Source of the DNA: Candidatus Eiseniibacteriota bacterium
Lineage (GTDB): Bacteria > Eisenbacteria > RBG-16-71-46
DNA length: 64,000 bases
Direction: 5' to 3'
Assembly: GCA_963707915.1 (NCBI GenBank)
Contig: OY970178.1
Location: forward strand, 701,821 to 765,820
Part shown: positions 1-9,385 of the stretch, piece after piece
Numbering within the stretch: position 1 is the first letter of the stretch
How the letters are laid out: each line of letters begins with the position of its first letter
The notes under the pieces: model-generated
Told to the model about the DNA's origin: nothing
Database searches by the model: none
The model's input: the letters and a program-made list of their open reading frames with translations, nothing else
Made by a program: the position numbers and the translations under genes

Positions 1-1599
1 GACACCGACGAGAGCAACCTGGTCTCGATCCTCGCGGACGGCCACGGCGGGGTGTTCGCGGGCGGCGACTCCAAGGGCCGCGTCTACCACGCGCTCGCCG
101 ACGGCTCGATCCGCACGGTGTTCGACGCCAGCGAGGACGAGGTCCGCGCCCTCGCCTTCGGTCCGGACGGCGCCCTCTACGCGGCGGCCTTGAGCACCCC
201 GGGCACGACCGAGGAAGAGAAGGCCGGGACACCCGCGCCGGTGGAGAGCGCCCCGGCGGGCGGACGGGCGACGCTCTACCGCATCGTCCCGGACTCCTCG
301 GCGATGGCATGGTGGACTTCGCCGCAGTCGCTCGTCTTCGCCCTCGCCGGGGCGGGTGGGGCCTCCGGGGAACGCAGGGGGCTGGTCGCGGCCACCGGGA
401 GCCGGGCGGCCGTGTACCTGGTCGAGCGCGCCGGCGGCGCGACCCAGTGGCTCGCCAGCCCCGCCGGGCAGGTCACGGCCCTGGCAGCGGGCCCGGATGG
501 CCGCTTCTACGCCGCGACCTCGAACCCGGCCACAGTGTGGCAGCTCGGCCCCGATCCCGCGCCGCGGGGCGAGCTGCTCTCCCAGGCCCTCGACGCGCGC
601 CGCGTCGCGCGCTTCGGACAGCTCCGGTGGCGGGGGGACGCCGCCGGGGGCCGGGTCTCGGTCGGCACGCGCAGCGGCAACACGGACGAGCCCGATTCGA
701 CCTGGGGACCGTGGGCCCCGGTGACCGGCGGCGAACACGGTGGCGCGATCCGCTCCCTGCCCGCGCGCTACCTGCAGTGGCGGGTCGTGTTCGAAGGCGG
801 CCACCCGCGGGTCGAGTCGGTCGAGGCCGCCTGGCGGGAGCAGAACCAGGCACCCCGGGTCGAGGACGTGCTGGTCTCGCCCCAGGGGGGAGCGTTCCGC
901 GAGGGCGAGCTCCAGCCCCGCATGGACGCCGTCACCCAGACGTTGCCCGGCGGGCAGCGCGTCGAGTACAGCGCCCCGTCCGCCACCACGCCGGCCCGGT
1001 TGCGCGACCTGCCGATGTGGGCCCGCGGACTTCGGACGGTCCAGTGGCGGGCGAGCGACCCCAACGGCGACCCGCTGCGCTTCCGACTCGACGTCCGGCC
1101 CGAGCCCGCCGGGCCCTGGACCCCGGTCGCGAAGGACCTCGAGCAGACGAACCACACCTGGGACACGAGCGCGCTGCCCGACGGGCGTTACCGCCTGCGG
1201 GTGACGGCCAGCGACGCGGACGGCAACGCAGTGGGCGAGGAGCTGCGCATCGAGGCCCTCAGCCAGCCCTTCACGCTCGACAACACGCCACCGCTCGTCA
1301 CCGACCTGGAGGCGCGCGGCGAGGCCGGTGCCGTGGTCGTGACCGGCAGGGCCGAGGACGCGGTGGGCCCGCTCCAGCGCATCGAGGTTTCGCTCGACGA
1401 CGCGGGCTGGCGCGCGGTGACGCCCGAGGGCGGGTTCACCGACCAGGCCGCGCACTCGTTCCGCGTCCGGCTGGAGGACGTGGCCCCGGGTGATCACACC
1501 GCCAGCGTGCGCGTGGTGGACCTCTCGGGCAACCCCGCCGTGCGGTCCGTGCGTGCCACGGTGCCGGCCCGGGCGGGCCCAGCGCCCCCGGGCCGCTGA
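1..1599 (+). CDS. Hypothetical secreted protein with beta-propeller-like N-terminal repeats and Ig-like C-terminal region; 5' partial (reading frame open from base 1)
   Basis: Frame 1 open from window start through stop at 1597-1599; repeated G-x-x-Y/WD-like segments (GRVYHALADGS, GPDGALYAA, GPDGRFYAA); no family recognised with certainty. Confidence 0.55.
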   Translation, partial: DTDESNLVSILADGHGGVFAGGDSKGRVYHALADGSIRTVFDASEDEVRALAFGPDGALYAAALSTPGTTEEEKAGTPAPVESAPAGGRATLYRIVPDSSAMAWWTSPQSLVFALAGAGGASGERRGLVAATGSRAAVYLVERAGGATQWLASPAGQVTALAAGPDGRFYAATSNPATVWQLGPDPAPRGELLSQALDARRVARFGQLRWRGDAAGGRVSVGTRSGNTDEPDSTWGPWAPVTGGEHGGAIRSLPARYLQWRVVFEGGHPRVESVEAAWREQNQAPRVEDVLVSPQGGAFREGELQPRMDAVTQTLPGGQRVEYSAPSATTPARLRDLPMWARGLRTVQWRASDPNGDPLRFRLDVRPEPAGPWTPVAKDLEQTNHTWDTSALPDGRYRLRVTASDADGNAVGEELRIEALSQPFTLDNTPPLVTDLEARGEAGAVVVTGRAEDAVGPLQRIEVSLDDAGWRAVTPEGGFTDQAAHSFRVRLEDVAPGDHTASVRVVDLSGNPAVRSVRATVPARAGPAPPGR

Positions 1600-1624
1600 C
1601 CGGGCCGACCGGAGAGACACGGCC

Positions 1625-2047
1625 ATGCAGATCCAGCCCACCCGCTACGGGTACGCCGTCAGGATCGAGACCGGCGAGGAGATCATCGCCTCGCTGGCCG
1701 GGTTCGCCCGCCGCGAGAACGTCCGCGCCGGGCTCATCTCCGGGCTGGGGGCGGTCGGGGAGTGCGAGCTGGGCTTCTTCATCCGCTCCACGAAGGAGTA
1801 CGTCCGCCGCGTGTTCACCGGCGAGCACGAGATCGGCTCGCTCACCGGCAACTTCAGCGAGCTGGACGGGGAGCCGTTCCCGCACTGCCACGTCCTGATC
1901 GCAGGGGAGGACCTCGTCGCCTGGACCGGGCACCTGTTCCGTGGCGTCGTCACGGTGACCTGCGAGGTCCAGGTCGTGACGGACCCCGGAACGCTGCGGC
2001 GGGTGCGCCGGCCGGACCTGGGCTTCAACCCGCTCGAGCTGGGATGA
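1625..2047 (+). CDS. PPC-domain (DUF296-like) protein
   Basis: ATG at 1625; 140 aa; conserved-looking core (GEHEIGSLTGNFS...PHCHVLIAGED) typical of small PPC/DUF296 proteins; family assignment from memory. Confidence 0.55.
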   Translation: MQIQPTRYGYAVRIETGEEIIASLAGFARRENVRAGLISGLGAVGECELGFFIRSTKEYVRRVFTGEHEIGSLTGNFSELDGEPFPHCHVLIAGEDLVAWTGHLFRGVVTVTCEVQVVTDPGTLRRVRRPDLGFNPLELG

Positions 2048-2113
2048 GCAGGAGGCACGCTCCGCGAACCCTGCTATAATCGGCGCCGCCCTTTGCGCCC
2101 GTGCGGGCCGCGC

Positions 2114-2869
2114 TCAGGCGCGCAGGGCCGCGAGGCCCCAGTGGCGCCCGGTGAGACCGGCGTCGCGGCGGTGGGAGAAGTACCGCGTGCGCTCGCAGCA
2201 GGTGCAGGCGCCGACGTCCTCGAGGGCTTCCGCGGGGAGGCCGGCGTCGGTCAACTGGACGCGGGCGGCACCCGGCAGGTCGAGATGCAGGCGGCCGTCC
2301 ACGGTCCTCACGGCCGAGGCGGGGAAGCGCCGGGCGACGTCGGGGCCGACTTCGTAGCAGCAGGCGCGGATGCACGGCCCGATGGCCACTCGCACCGCCG
2401 CCGGCGGCACGCCGCCGGCGGCGCAGAGGGCGTCCAGGGTGGCGGCGGGAAGGCCGGCGGCGGCTCCGCGCCAGCCGGCGTGTGCGGCGGCAACCGCGCC
2501 CGGGGCGGAGTAGAGCAGGCTCATGCAATCGGCGGTCGCGACGGCGAGGACGACGCCGCGCGAGAGGGTCAATAGCGCGTCGCAGCCGGGCTCGTGCCCG
2601 GGGCGCGAGACGGAACGGATGGAGACCCCGTGGACCTGGCCGGCGGTGGCGAGGTTCGCGGGATCGAGCCCCAGGCTCTCGAGCAGGCGGCGGCGGTTCT
2701 CGAGCACGGATTCGGCCCGGTCGCCGCAGGAGAGCCCGAGGTTGAGCGTGTCCCAGGGCGGGAGGCTCATCCCGCCAAGCCGCGTCGAGAAGGCGAACAC
2801 GCGGGCCGGGTCGGCGGGCGCCGGGCGCCAGCCGGGCACGGTCGCGGCGGAATCGAAGGTCCAGGTCAC
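2114..2869 (-). CDS. yfiH: YfiH/PgeF family protein (purine nucleoside phosphorylase / laccase-domain, DUF152)
   Basis: C-terminal 251 aa of the 1472-aa antisense ORF carries YfiH-type motifs (GWRG, CxxxxC...TCCERTRYFSHRRD); GTG start at 2869 in frame with stop at 2114; remainder of the long ORF is antisense to the PPIase gene. Confidence 0.7.
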   Translation of the reverse strand: MTWTFDSAATVPGWRPAPADPARVFAFSTRLGGMSLPPWDTLNLGLSCGDRAESVLENRRRLLESLGLDPANLATAGQVHGVSIRSVSRPGHEPGCDALLTLSRGVVLAVATADCMSLLYSAPGAVAAAHAGWRGAAAGLPAATLDALCAAGGVPPAAVRVAIGPCIRACCYEVGPDVARRFPASAVRTVDGRLHLDLPGAARVQLTDAGLPAEALEDVGACTCCERTRYFSHRRDAGLTGRHWGLAALRA

Positions 2870-2935
2870 AGCTCCGCACGCTAGTGAAGGGCGCGCGGCA
2901 GCGTCAAGGCGGCGGTCAGGAAGGGAGAGTTCCGG

Positions 2936-5899
2936 ATGAACGAGTCCAGGTGGCGGACCGTGGCGGCGGTGGTGGCGGTGTCGGCGATGGCCGCATGCAT
3001 CGCGGGCGCGCAGGTCGCGCCGCGGGCCCCGGCCGCGCCTCCGGCCGCTGCGACCGTGGGCGACCTGCGTATCGCGCAGGCCGAGCTCGATCGGCGCGGG
3101 CAGATGACGATCTCGGACTACAAGGCCCGCACGGGCAGCGACCTGCCGGCCGAGTTCCAGCCCCTCATGCGCCGCCAGATCCTCGAGAGCCTCATCCGCC
3201 GCGACCTGCTCACGCTCGAGGCCAGGCGCCGCGGGCTGCTGGCCAGCGAGCAGGAGGCCGAGGCCCAGCTCAAGAAGGACCCGTTCTTCCAGGTGAACGG
3301 GCGTTTCGATCCCGCGCGATACGAGGCGGCCCGTCTCCAGAACCCCGCCCTGCTGGCGAGCACCCTGCAGAACCTGCGGGCGACCCTCGGCGCGCAGGTT
3401 CTCATCGAGCGGGTGCAGAAGGAGAAGGCGCCGGGCGAAGCCCGGCTGCGCGCCCGGGCCGCCCGCGCGCTCACCCGCGCCTCCATCGACTACCTCGCCT
3501 TCCGCACTCCCGATTTCGACGACACGCCGACCGAGCCGCGCGAGATCGACGTGCTGAACGAGTATCGCGCCCATGCCGCCGACTACCTCCAACCGGCGCG
3601 CGCCGTGCTTTCCATCGTCTTCGTCGATCAGCCGGAGCTCCCCGCCGCCGAGGCTGCGGCCCCGGCGGCGCTCGCGGCCTGGAGCGCCCGCATGAAGCAG
3701 CGCGCCGACAGCGTCCTTGCCGCGGTCGCCGGTGGCGCGACGCTGGAGACGGCCTCGGTGGACCTCGGCGGCCCGCGCCCGAACCAGGTCGTCCTGCCCG
3801 GCAACTTCCCGGGCTACTGGCGCGGCGACCCCGCGACGAACGCCGCCCTCTTCGCGTCCCCGGCCGGCACCGTCCTGCCCCGGCCGGTACCGGCGCAGAA
3901 GGGCTGGCTGGTCGTGCGTACCGACGAGGTCGAGCCGGCCCACACGCGGCCGCTCGAGGAGGTCGCCCGCGAGATCCGTTCGCGGCTGCGCTCCGGGCAG
4001 CGCGCGGCGCTCGATGAGCGCGAGCTCCGGGCACTGTACGGCGAGGTGCGGGACAGCCTGAAGGTGACGGCGTATCGGCTGCGATACGCCGTCGCCGACA
4101 CCGCCGTCGTCGCGGTCGCCCGGCCGACCGCGGCGGAGGTCGAGCGGTACTACCGCGGTCACCTGGCCGACTATTCCTCGTTCAGCAGCCGGACGGGAGG
4201 CGTCGTGGCCCGGAGTCTCGACGAGGTGGAGGGCGACGTGCGGGCGCGGATGCTGAGCGAGCGCCGGTTCGAGCAGTCCCGCGTGCTCGCGAGCCAGCTG
4301 GCCGACACCTGGGCGCGCGGCCGGCGGGACGCGGCGCTCGAGCGGCGGTTGCGGACATGGGACGGTGACCCGGTCGTCCCGGGCCTGCCGGCGGATAGCG
4401 GGAGCCTGGGGGCGATGCTGGGGGACACGCTGGCGGGCCGCGCGGGCGCGCTCGGGTCCGGCCTCGCTCGTGCCACGCGGGGTTGGGTCGCGTTCGACAT
4501 CTACCAGGAGGTCCCGGGACACGTGCCGTCGTTCGAGCAGGCCCGCAAGGACCTCGCGGACCGCCGGGCCGCGCGGCGGCTCGCGCGCGAGGAGGAGGGG
4601 GCGCGACGGCTCTACGATTCCTCGCCGCAGCGATTCACCGGGGCACCCGTCATCCACTATTCGCGCGCGTTCGTGCCCATCCCGAAGGCGCTCACGATCC
4701 ACCTCACGCGGGCGGAGGTCGAACGGTTCCACCGCGACCACATGGATCTCTTCTCGGCCCCCGAGTTGGTGCGCGCGAGCCACATCCTCATCAGCCCGCG
4801 CGACTCGACGCCGGCGGCCGACCGCGAGGCCCGGGCCCGGGCCGACAGCCTGCTCGCCCGCCTGCGCGAGGGTGAGGACTTCGCGGAGATGGCGGCGCGG
4901 GTGACCGACGACCCGGCCACGAAGGATACCGGCGGGGATCTCGGCACGTTCGGACGCGGCGCGATGCTGCCCGAGATCGAGCGCGCCGCGTTCGCGATGC
5001 GTCCCGGGGACCTGAGCCCCGCGCCGGTCCGCAGCCCGGTCGGCTATCACCTCATCAAGACGCGGGAATACGTGCCGATGGTCGCGCAGCCCCTGGCGCA
5101 CATCTACTCCGACGTCGCCGAGATGGCGGCCGAGCAGAAGGCGGACTCCGTGGCGGCCCGGCGCGCCGACAGCCTGCTGCGCGTCCTGAAGAACGCCGGC
5201 CAGGCGCGCGAGGCGGCGAGGCGCATGGACCTCACGACCTACTCCTACCAGTACTCGATCGGCGAGTGGAGCAAGAACCCGCCGAACCTCCAGGCCTACT
5301 ACCAGCAGCTCGAGCGGCTGGCGGTCGGGCAGCTCGTCCCGCTGCACCCCCGGATCGGCGCACTGGGCTACGCGGTGACCTGGGTGGACAGCATCAGCCC
5401 GCCCGGCCCGGCGAGCTGGGAGAACGCCCGTGACCGGGCGCTCGAGGCCTACCGTGCCGACGGGGCCCTGCGCACGCTCACGGCCAAGCGGGTCGAGCTG
5501 GATTCCCTCCTGCAGGGCGGCTGGTCGTTCGACAGCATCGGCGCGCTCTGGGGCGGACTGCGGCACGCCGCGGACGTCGCTCCGGGCCAGACCATCGCCG
5601 GGATCGGCACCAGCGGCGCGGTGGACACGTTGATCTTCGGGCTCCACGGCACCGACGGTCTCGCGCCCGGCGTCCTCAGCGACTGGGTCACGCTCCCGGC
5701 CGGAGTCCTTCGCCTGCGCACGAAAGAGATCCGGCCGCCGGACGCGGGCGCCCTGACGACCCGGGTGGAGACCGAGCGCCGGACCGAGACGGAGCGTGCG
5801 CTGGTCGGCTTCTTCGAGGACCTCAAGAAGCGCTACCCCGTGCGGATCCTGGACCGCGGGCTGCGCGACGTGACGTTGCCTCCGCCGCCCACGCGCTGA
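2936..5899 (+). CDS. Periplasmic peptidyl-prolyl cis-trans isomerase, SurA/PpiD-like (parvulin domain) chaperone
   Basis: 987-aa ORF; N-terminal signal/TM (VAAVVAVSAMAACIAGAQ); SurA-N-like region; parvulin-type PPIase motif (HILISPRD...GGDLGTFGRGAMLPEIERAAFAMRPGDLS...GYHLIK); RBS aagggagag upstream. Confidence 0.75.
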   Translation: MNESRWRTVAAVVAVSAMAACIAGAQVAPRAPAAPPAAATVGDLRIAQAELDRRGQMTISDYKARTGSDLPAEFQPLMRRQILESLIRRDLLTLEARRRGLLASEQEAEAQLKKDPFFQVNGRFDPARYEAARLQNPALLASTLQNLRATLGAQVLIERVQKEKAPGEARLRARAARALTRASIDYLAFRTPDFDDTPTEPREIDVLNEYRAHAADYLQPARAVLSIVFVDQPELPAAEAAAPAALAAWSARMKQRADSVLAAVAGGATLETASVDLGGPRPNQVVLPGNFPGYWRGDPATNAALFASPAGTVLPRPVPAQKGWLVVRTDEVEPAHTRPLEEVAREIRSRLRSGQRAALDERELRALYGEVRDSLKVTAYRLRYAVADTAVVAVARPTAAEVERYYRGHLADYSSFSSRTGGVVARSLDEVEGDVRARMLSERRFEQSRVLASQLADTWARGRRDAALERRLRTWDGDPVVPGLPADSGSLGAMLGDTLAGRAGALGSGLARATRGWVAFDIYQEVPGHVPSFEQARKDLADRRAARRLAREEEGARRLYDSSPQRFTGAPVIHYSRAFVPIPKALTIHLTRAEVERFHRDHMDLFSAPELVRASHILISPRDSTPAADREARARADSLLARLREGEDFAEMAARVTDDPATKDTGGDLGTFGRGAMLPEIERAAFAMRPGDLSPAPVRSPVGYHLIKTREYVPMVAQPLAHIYSDVAEMAAEQKADSVAARRADSLLRVLKNAGQAREAARRMDLTTYSYQYSIGEWSKNPPNLQAYYQQLERLAVGQLVPLHPRIGALGYAVTWVDSISPPGPASWENARDRALEAYRADGALRTLTAKRVELDSLLQGGWSFDSIGALWGGLRHAADVAPGQTIAGIGTSGAVDTLIFGLHGTDGLAPGVLSDWVTLPAGVLRLRTKEIRPPDAGALTTRVETERRTETERALVGFFEDLKKRYPVRILDRGLRDVTLPPPPTR

Positions 5900-6153
5900 T
5901 GGGAGCAGCGGGCGCCAGGGTCTCCCGGGACCGGGCGCCCGCTGGACCGGCGTCTCCGGCCGCCCGGGGGACAGCACCCGGACCCGCGGACGATACCGCC
6001 ATTCCGCAACCCCCCCGGCTCCACGTCGTGCGCGATGCCCGGCCGCGTTCGCTCCGGCTCGGCCGAAAGGGCGGCCGAACCGCGGACTGCGGGAGCCCGG
6101 CCCGTGGTACGGTCCCTGCATTCGCCGTAGCGGCCCTGGGCCAGGAGCTCTCC

Positions 6154-7485
6154 GTGACTTCATCCGCGACGACGTCCAACGAGTCCATCCCCAAGCGGGT
6201 CGTGCTGGTCGACTTCGACTGGCGCGACGCCGACCTGATGCCCGAGCTGCTGGCGCGGCCGGGGCTCTCGGTACGCCTGGTGGCGGGCCCGGCGGGGGAC
6301 GGGCCGGGGCTGAAGATGGCCGAGCTCTGCGAGCTGCCGCGCACCACGGACCTGGCGGACCTGACCCGCGAGATCTTCGATCTGGCCATCGTGAGCGAGC
6401 GGAGCCCGCGGCGCACGCAGGTCGAAGGCCTGCTGCTCGCGCTGGGCACCCCCTGCGTCTCGCCCGAGTCCCTGCTGCACGGGACCGACCTGGAGCACGC
6501 CCACACCCCCGGCGTCGAGGCGCCGCTCGCACTGCACGCGATCGCGCTGGAGAACGCCCTGGGCGGAGCGGAGTTCGATGCGCTGATCGAGCACGCGCTC
6601 CCGGACATCGGCGAGGGCGGTACGACCGCCCCGCGGGAGGTAGCGCCCATCGGACGCTCCGAGCTGCAGGTGCGAAGCCTCGCGGAGTTCCCCTCGATCG
6701 AGGACCGGCAGGGGCTCGAGCGGGCGCTCGCCGATCTCGCCAACGGCACCGGGGCGCGGTCGGCCGAGATGCGCGCGGGCCGCTCCGGAGCGGTCCAGTT
6801 GCTGGCGCGCGTCGGGGAAGAGGACACGCTGCTCGCCGGCCTGATCGACCTCGCCTTGAGCGAGAACACGCCCCAGGTGATCACGCGCCTGACGGGGCCG
6901 CAGGAGGGCAAGGCCTGGGGGGCGTGGCCGTTCCGCACCACGCGCAGCCACGGAGTGATCGCGGCCGCCGCCATCGACCCGGCCTCGGGCTGGACGACGT
7001 GGCAGCAGACCGTCGAGGACCTGCGCCAGGCCTGGGACCAGCGCGACCGCGAACAGGTGGTCCCGGCCTTCCCGCTCGTGCCGGAGGACCAGCACGGGTG
7101 GCTCGACCTCGAGGGCTTCCGCTCCGCGCTCTCGCTCGCGGTCGCGCGCAACCAGCGCGACGGGCTCGCCTTCGCCGCGCACCACTTCGAGTTCGCGGAC
7201 CACGTGGAGGCGCTGGCCTGGCTGTGCGAGCGGCTCCCGTCACAGCTGCGCGACACCGACCGGCTGTTCCGGCCCCGGCAGAACGTCGTCGTGATGCTCA
7301 CGGCCTGCTCGCTCGTGGCCTTCGGACCGGTGCGGCGGCGCATCGCGGCGCTCTGGGAGGCGGCATGGCGGGAGGGCGGTGGCTCCCTGCCGGCCCCCGT
7401 GCCGGCCGAGGACCGCGTCCAGGTCGCCACGCCCGCCGAGGCGGAGCGCTTCCTGGCCACCGCCAGCGGCTGGCTGGCTCCGTAG
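6154..7485 (+). CDS. Hypothetical protein
   Basis: ORF 5899..7485; preferred start GTG 6154 preceded by AGGAG (6143-6147) with 6-nt spacer; the 5899-6153 portion translates as low-complexity Pro/Ala/Arg text; no family recognised. Confidence 0.5.
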   Translation: MTSSATTSNESIPKRVVLVDFDWRDADLMPELLARPGLSVRLVAGPAGDGPGLKMAELCELPRTTDLADLTREIFDLAIVSERSPRRTQVEGLLLALGTPCVSPESLLHGTDLEHAHTPGVEAPLALHAIALENALGGAEFDALIEHALPDIGEGGTTAPREVAPIGRSELQVRSLAEFPSIEDRQGLERALADLANGTGARSAEMRAGRSGAVQLLARVGEEDTLLAGLIDLALSENTPQVITRLTGPQEGKAWGAWPFRTTRSHGVIAAAAIDPASGWTTWQQTVEDLRQAWDQRDREQVVPAFPLVPEDQHGWLDLEGFRSALSLAVARNQRDGLAFAAHHFEFADHVEALAWLCERLPSQLRDTDRLFRPRQNVVVMLTACSLVAFGPVRRRIAALWEAAWREGGGSLPAPVPAEDRVQVATPAEAERFLATASGWLAP

Positions 7486-7641
7486 CCTCGAAGGCCGTCC
7501 CCCGGCGCGGCGACCGGCGATCCGCCGCCCGCCAGCCCATCCTTCCATCCCGCAGGACTGCGACGGCGCAGTTATCCACAGCTCGTTCTTGACCGGGCTT
7601 CCGGCGGTCGGGTATTGCTCCGCCCCTCAAGCGGAGGCCCG

Positions 7642-9381
7642 ATGGAAGGCTCCATCCGGCGGCTGCCGCCCGAGACCGCCTCCCGCATCGCGGCGGGGGA
7701 GGTCATCGAGCGGCCGCTCTCGGCCCTGAAGGAGATCCTCGAGAACGCGCTCGATTCCGGGGCGCGCTCGGTCGAAGTGCGCGTGGAGCGGGCGCTCGAC
7801 CACCTCTTCGCGGTCGCCGATGACGGCTCCGGCATCCGCGCCGACGAGCTGGACCTGGCGCTGGAACGTCACGCGACGAGCAAGCTCGCGCGCCTCGAGG
7901 ACCTCGACCGCCTCGCCTCCCTCGGGTTTCGCGGCGAGGCCCTGCCGAGCGTCGCGGCGGTGAGCCGGCTGCGGCTCACCAGCCGCCCCGCCGCCTCGGC
8001 GTCCGCCGCCTTCGTCGCGCTCGAGGGGGGCGCGGTCACCGACCGCGGCAGCGCGGCGCGTGCGCCCGGGACCACGGTCGAGGTCGCGGAGTTGTTCTAC
8101 AACACGCCGGCGCGGCGCAAGTTCCTGACCTCGCCGACCAGCGAGTTGCGCGCGGCCCTGCGGCTGCTGGAGGCCTACGCGCTGGCCTATCCGCAGGTCG
8201 GCTTCCGGCTGGTGGTGGACTCCAAGGAGCGGCTGCAGTGGCCCGCCGTGCCGGGGACGGGCCTCGCGTCCCGGCGCGACCGCGCCTCCGCGCTCTGGGG
8301 GGCCCGCCACGCCACGCAGTTGCTCGAGGTGGAGGCCGAGCGCGAGGGCATGAGGATCGAGGCGCTGCTCGGGCTTCCCGAGCACGCGCGCGCCACGCGC
8401 GAGGGGCAGATCTACATCGTGAACGGGCGCTGGATCCAGAGCCCCATGCTGGGTGCGGCGCTGCGGCAGGCCTACGGCAACCTGCTCCCGCCGGGACGCT
8501 TCCCCGCGGCGACGCTGTGGCTCACGGTGCCCCCCGAGCGACTCGACGTCAACGTGCACCCGACCAAGCGCGAGGTGCGCTTCGCGGACGAGGACCGCGT
8601 CTTCTCACTGGTCACCTCGGCCTGCTCCCGGCCCCTGTCCCAGGTCGCGCCGCCCTTCGCGGTCGTGGCCGGCGGCACGCGGGAGACCGGTGCGTACCCG
8701 GCGTGGTCCGAGCGCGTGCGCGAAGGGCCGCCGGAACAGACCTACCTCGGCCTCGAGCTCCCGGGTGCACCCGCGACGGCCGCCCCGCCGGCCGCGCCCG
8801 CCGCCGGGGCCGAGCCCGTGCTCTGGCAGCTCCACCAGACCTACGTGCTGGCCCCGGTGCGGGGCGGCCTGGTGATCATCGACCAGCACGCCGCGCACGA
8901 GCGCATCCTCTACGAGGAGGCGCTGGCGCGGCTGCAGGGCGAGCACGGGGTCGCGCAGCAGCTGCTCTTTCCGACGCTGGTGGACCTCACCAACGACCAG
9001 TTCGAGCTGCTGCTCGAGCTGGGCCCGTACCTCAAGCAACTGGGCTGGGACCTCTCCCTGCTGGGCCCGCCCACCGTGGTCGTCCAGGGCGTGCCCTCCG
9101 GGCTGCGCCACGAGCGCCCGGGCCAGCTCCTCCAGGACGTCCTCGACGGCATGAACGAGAGCACCGGCCGTTCCCCGGACGAGGACCTCTCGCACCGGCT
9201 CGCCGCGTCCTGGGCCTGCCATGCCGCGACCCGCGCCGGCGACCCGCTCACGCAGGAAGAGATGCGCTCGCTGGTGGACCGGCTGTTCGCCACCTCGCGG
9301 CCCCACGGCGACCCGCACGGGCGCGTCACCTTCGTGCGGCTCGACCTCGACGAGCTGCACCGGCGCTTCGGCCGGGCGTAG
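7642..9381 (+). CDS. mutL: DNA mismatch repair protein MutL
   Basis: N-terminal GHKL ATPase motifs (IAAGEVIERPLSALKEILENALDSGA, DDGSGI, GFRGEAL); C-terminal dimerisation region; ATG 7642 with GGAGG 5 nt upstream. Confidence 0.9.
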   Translation: MEGSIRRLPPETASRIAAGEVIERPLSALKEILENALDSGARSVEVRVERALDHLFAVADDGSGIRADELDLALERHATSKLARLEDLDRLASLGFRGEALPSVAAVSRLRLTSRPAASASAAFVALEGGAVTDRGSAARAPGTTVEVAELFYNTPARRKFLTSPTSELRAALRLLEAYALAYPQVGFRLVVDSKERLQWPAVPGTGLASRRDRASALWGARHATQLLEVEAEREGMRIEALLGLPEHARATREGQIYIVNGRWIQSPMLGAALRQAYGNLLPPGRFPAATLWLTVPPERLDVNVHPTKREVRFADEDRVFSLVTSACSRPLSQVAPPFAVVAGGTRETGAYPAWSERVREGPPEQTYLGLELPGAPATAAPPAAPAAGAEPVLWQLHQTYVLAPVRGGLVIIDQHAAHERILYEEALARLQGEHGVAQQLLFPTLVDLTNDQFELLLELGPYLKQLGWDLSLLGPPTVVVQGVPSGLRHERPGQLLQDVLDGMNESTGRSPDEDLSHRLAASWACHAATRAGDPLTQEEMRSLVDRLFATSRPHGDPHGRVTFVRLDLDELHRRFGRA

Positions 9382-9385
9382 TCCC

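Noticed and set aside
2072-2077. Perfect TATAAT hexamer on the + strand downstream of the PPC gene
   Set aside because: No acceptable -35 at 16-19 nt spacing, and the next + strand gene starts about 860 bp away across a minus-strand gene
5899-6153. ATG at 5899 as start of the hypothetical gene (track ORF 5899..7485)
   Set aside because: The first 85 codons translate to Pro/Ala/Arg-rich low complexity, and a GTG at 6154 has a proper AGGAG RBS; the upstream ATG is probably in the intergenic region
2114-6532. 1472-aa ORF on the minus strand (and similar giant antisense or alternate-frame ORFs at 8605..10020, 14092..15741, 16430..18394, 20115..21929, 22716..25673, 26573..28330, 28486..30354, 43895..46168, 50550..53654, 53530..56169)
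   Set aside because: They lie antisense to, or out of frame within, genes with clear motifs; translations are Arg/Ala/Pro/Gly-rich low complexity typical of stop-poor frames in about 70% GC DNA. Only the 3' 756 nt of the 2114..6532 ORF (yfiH) is real
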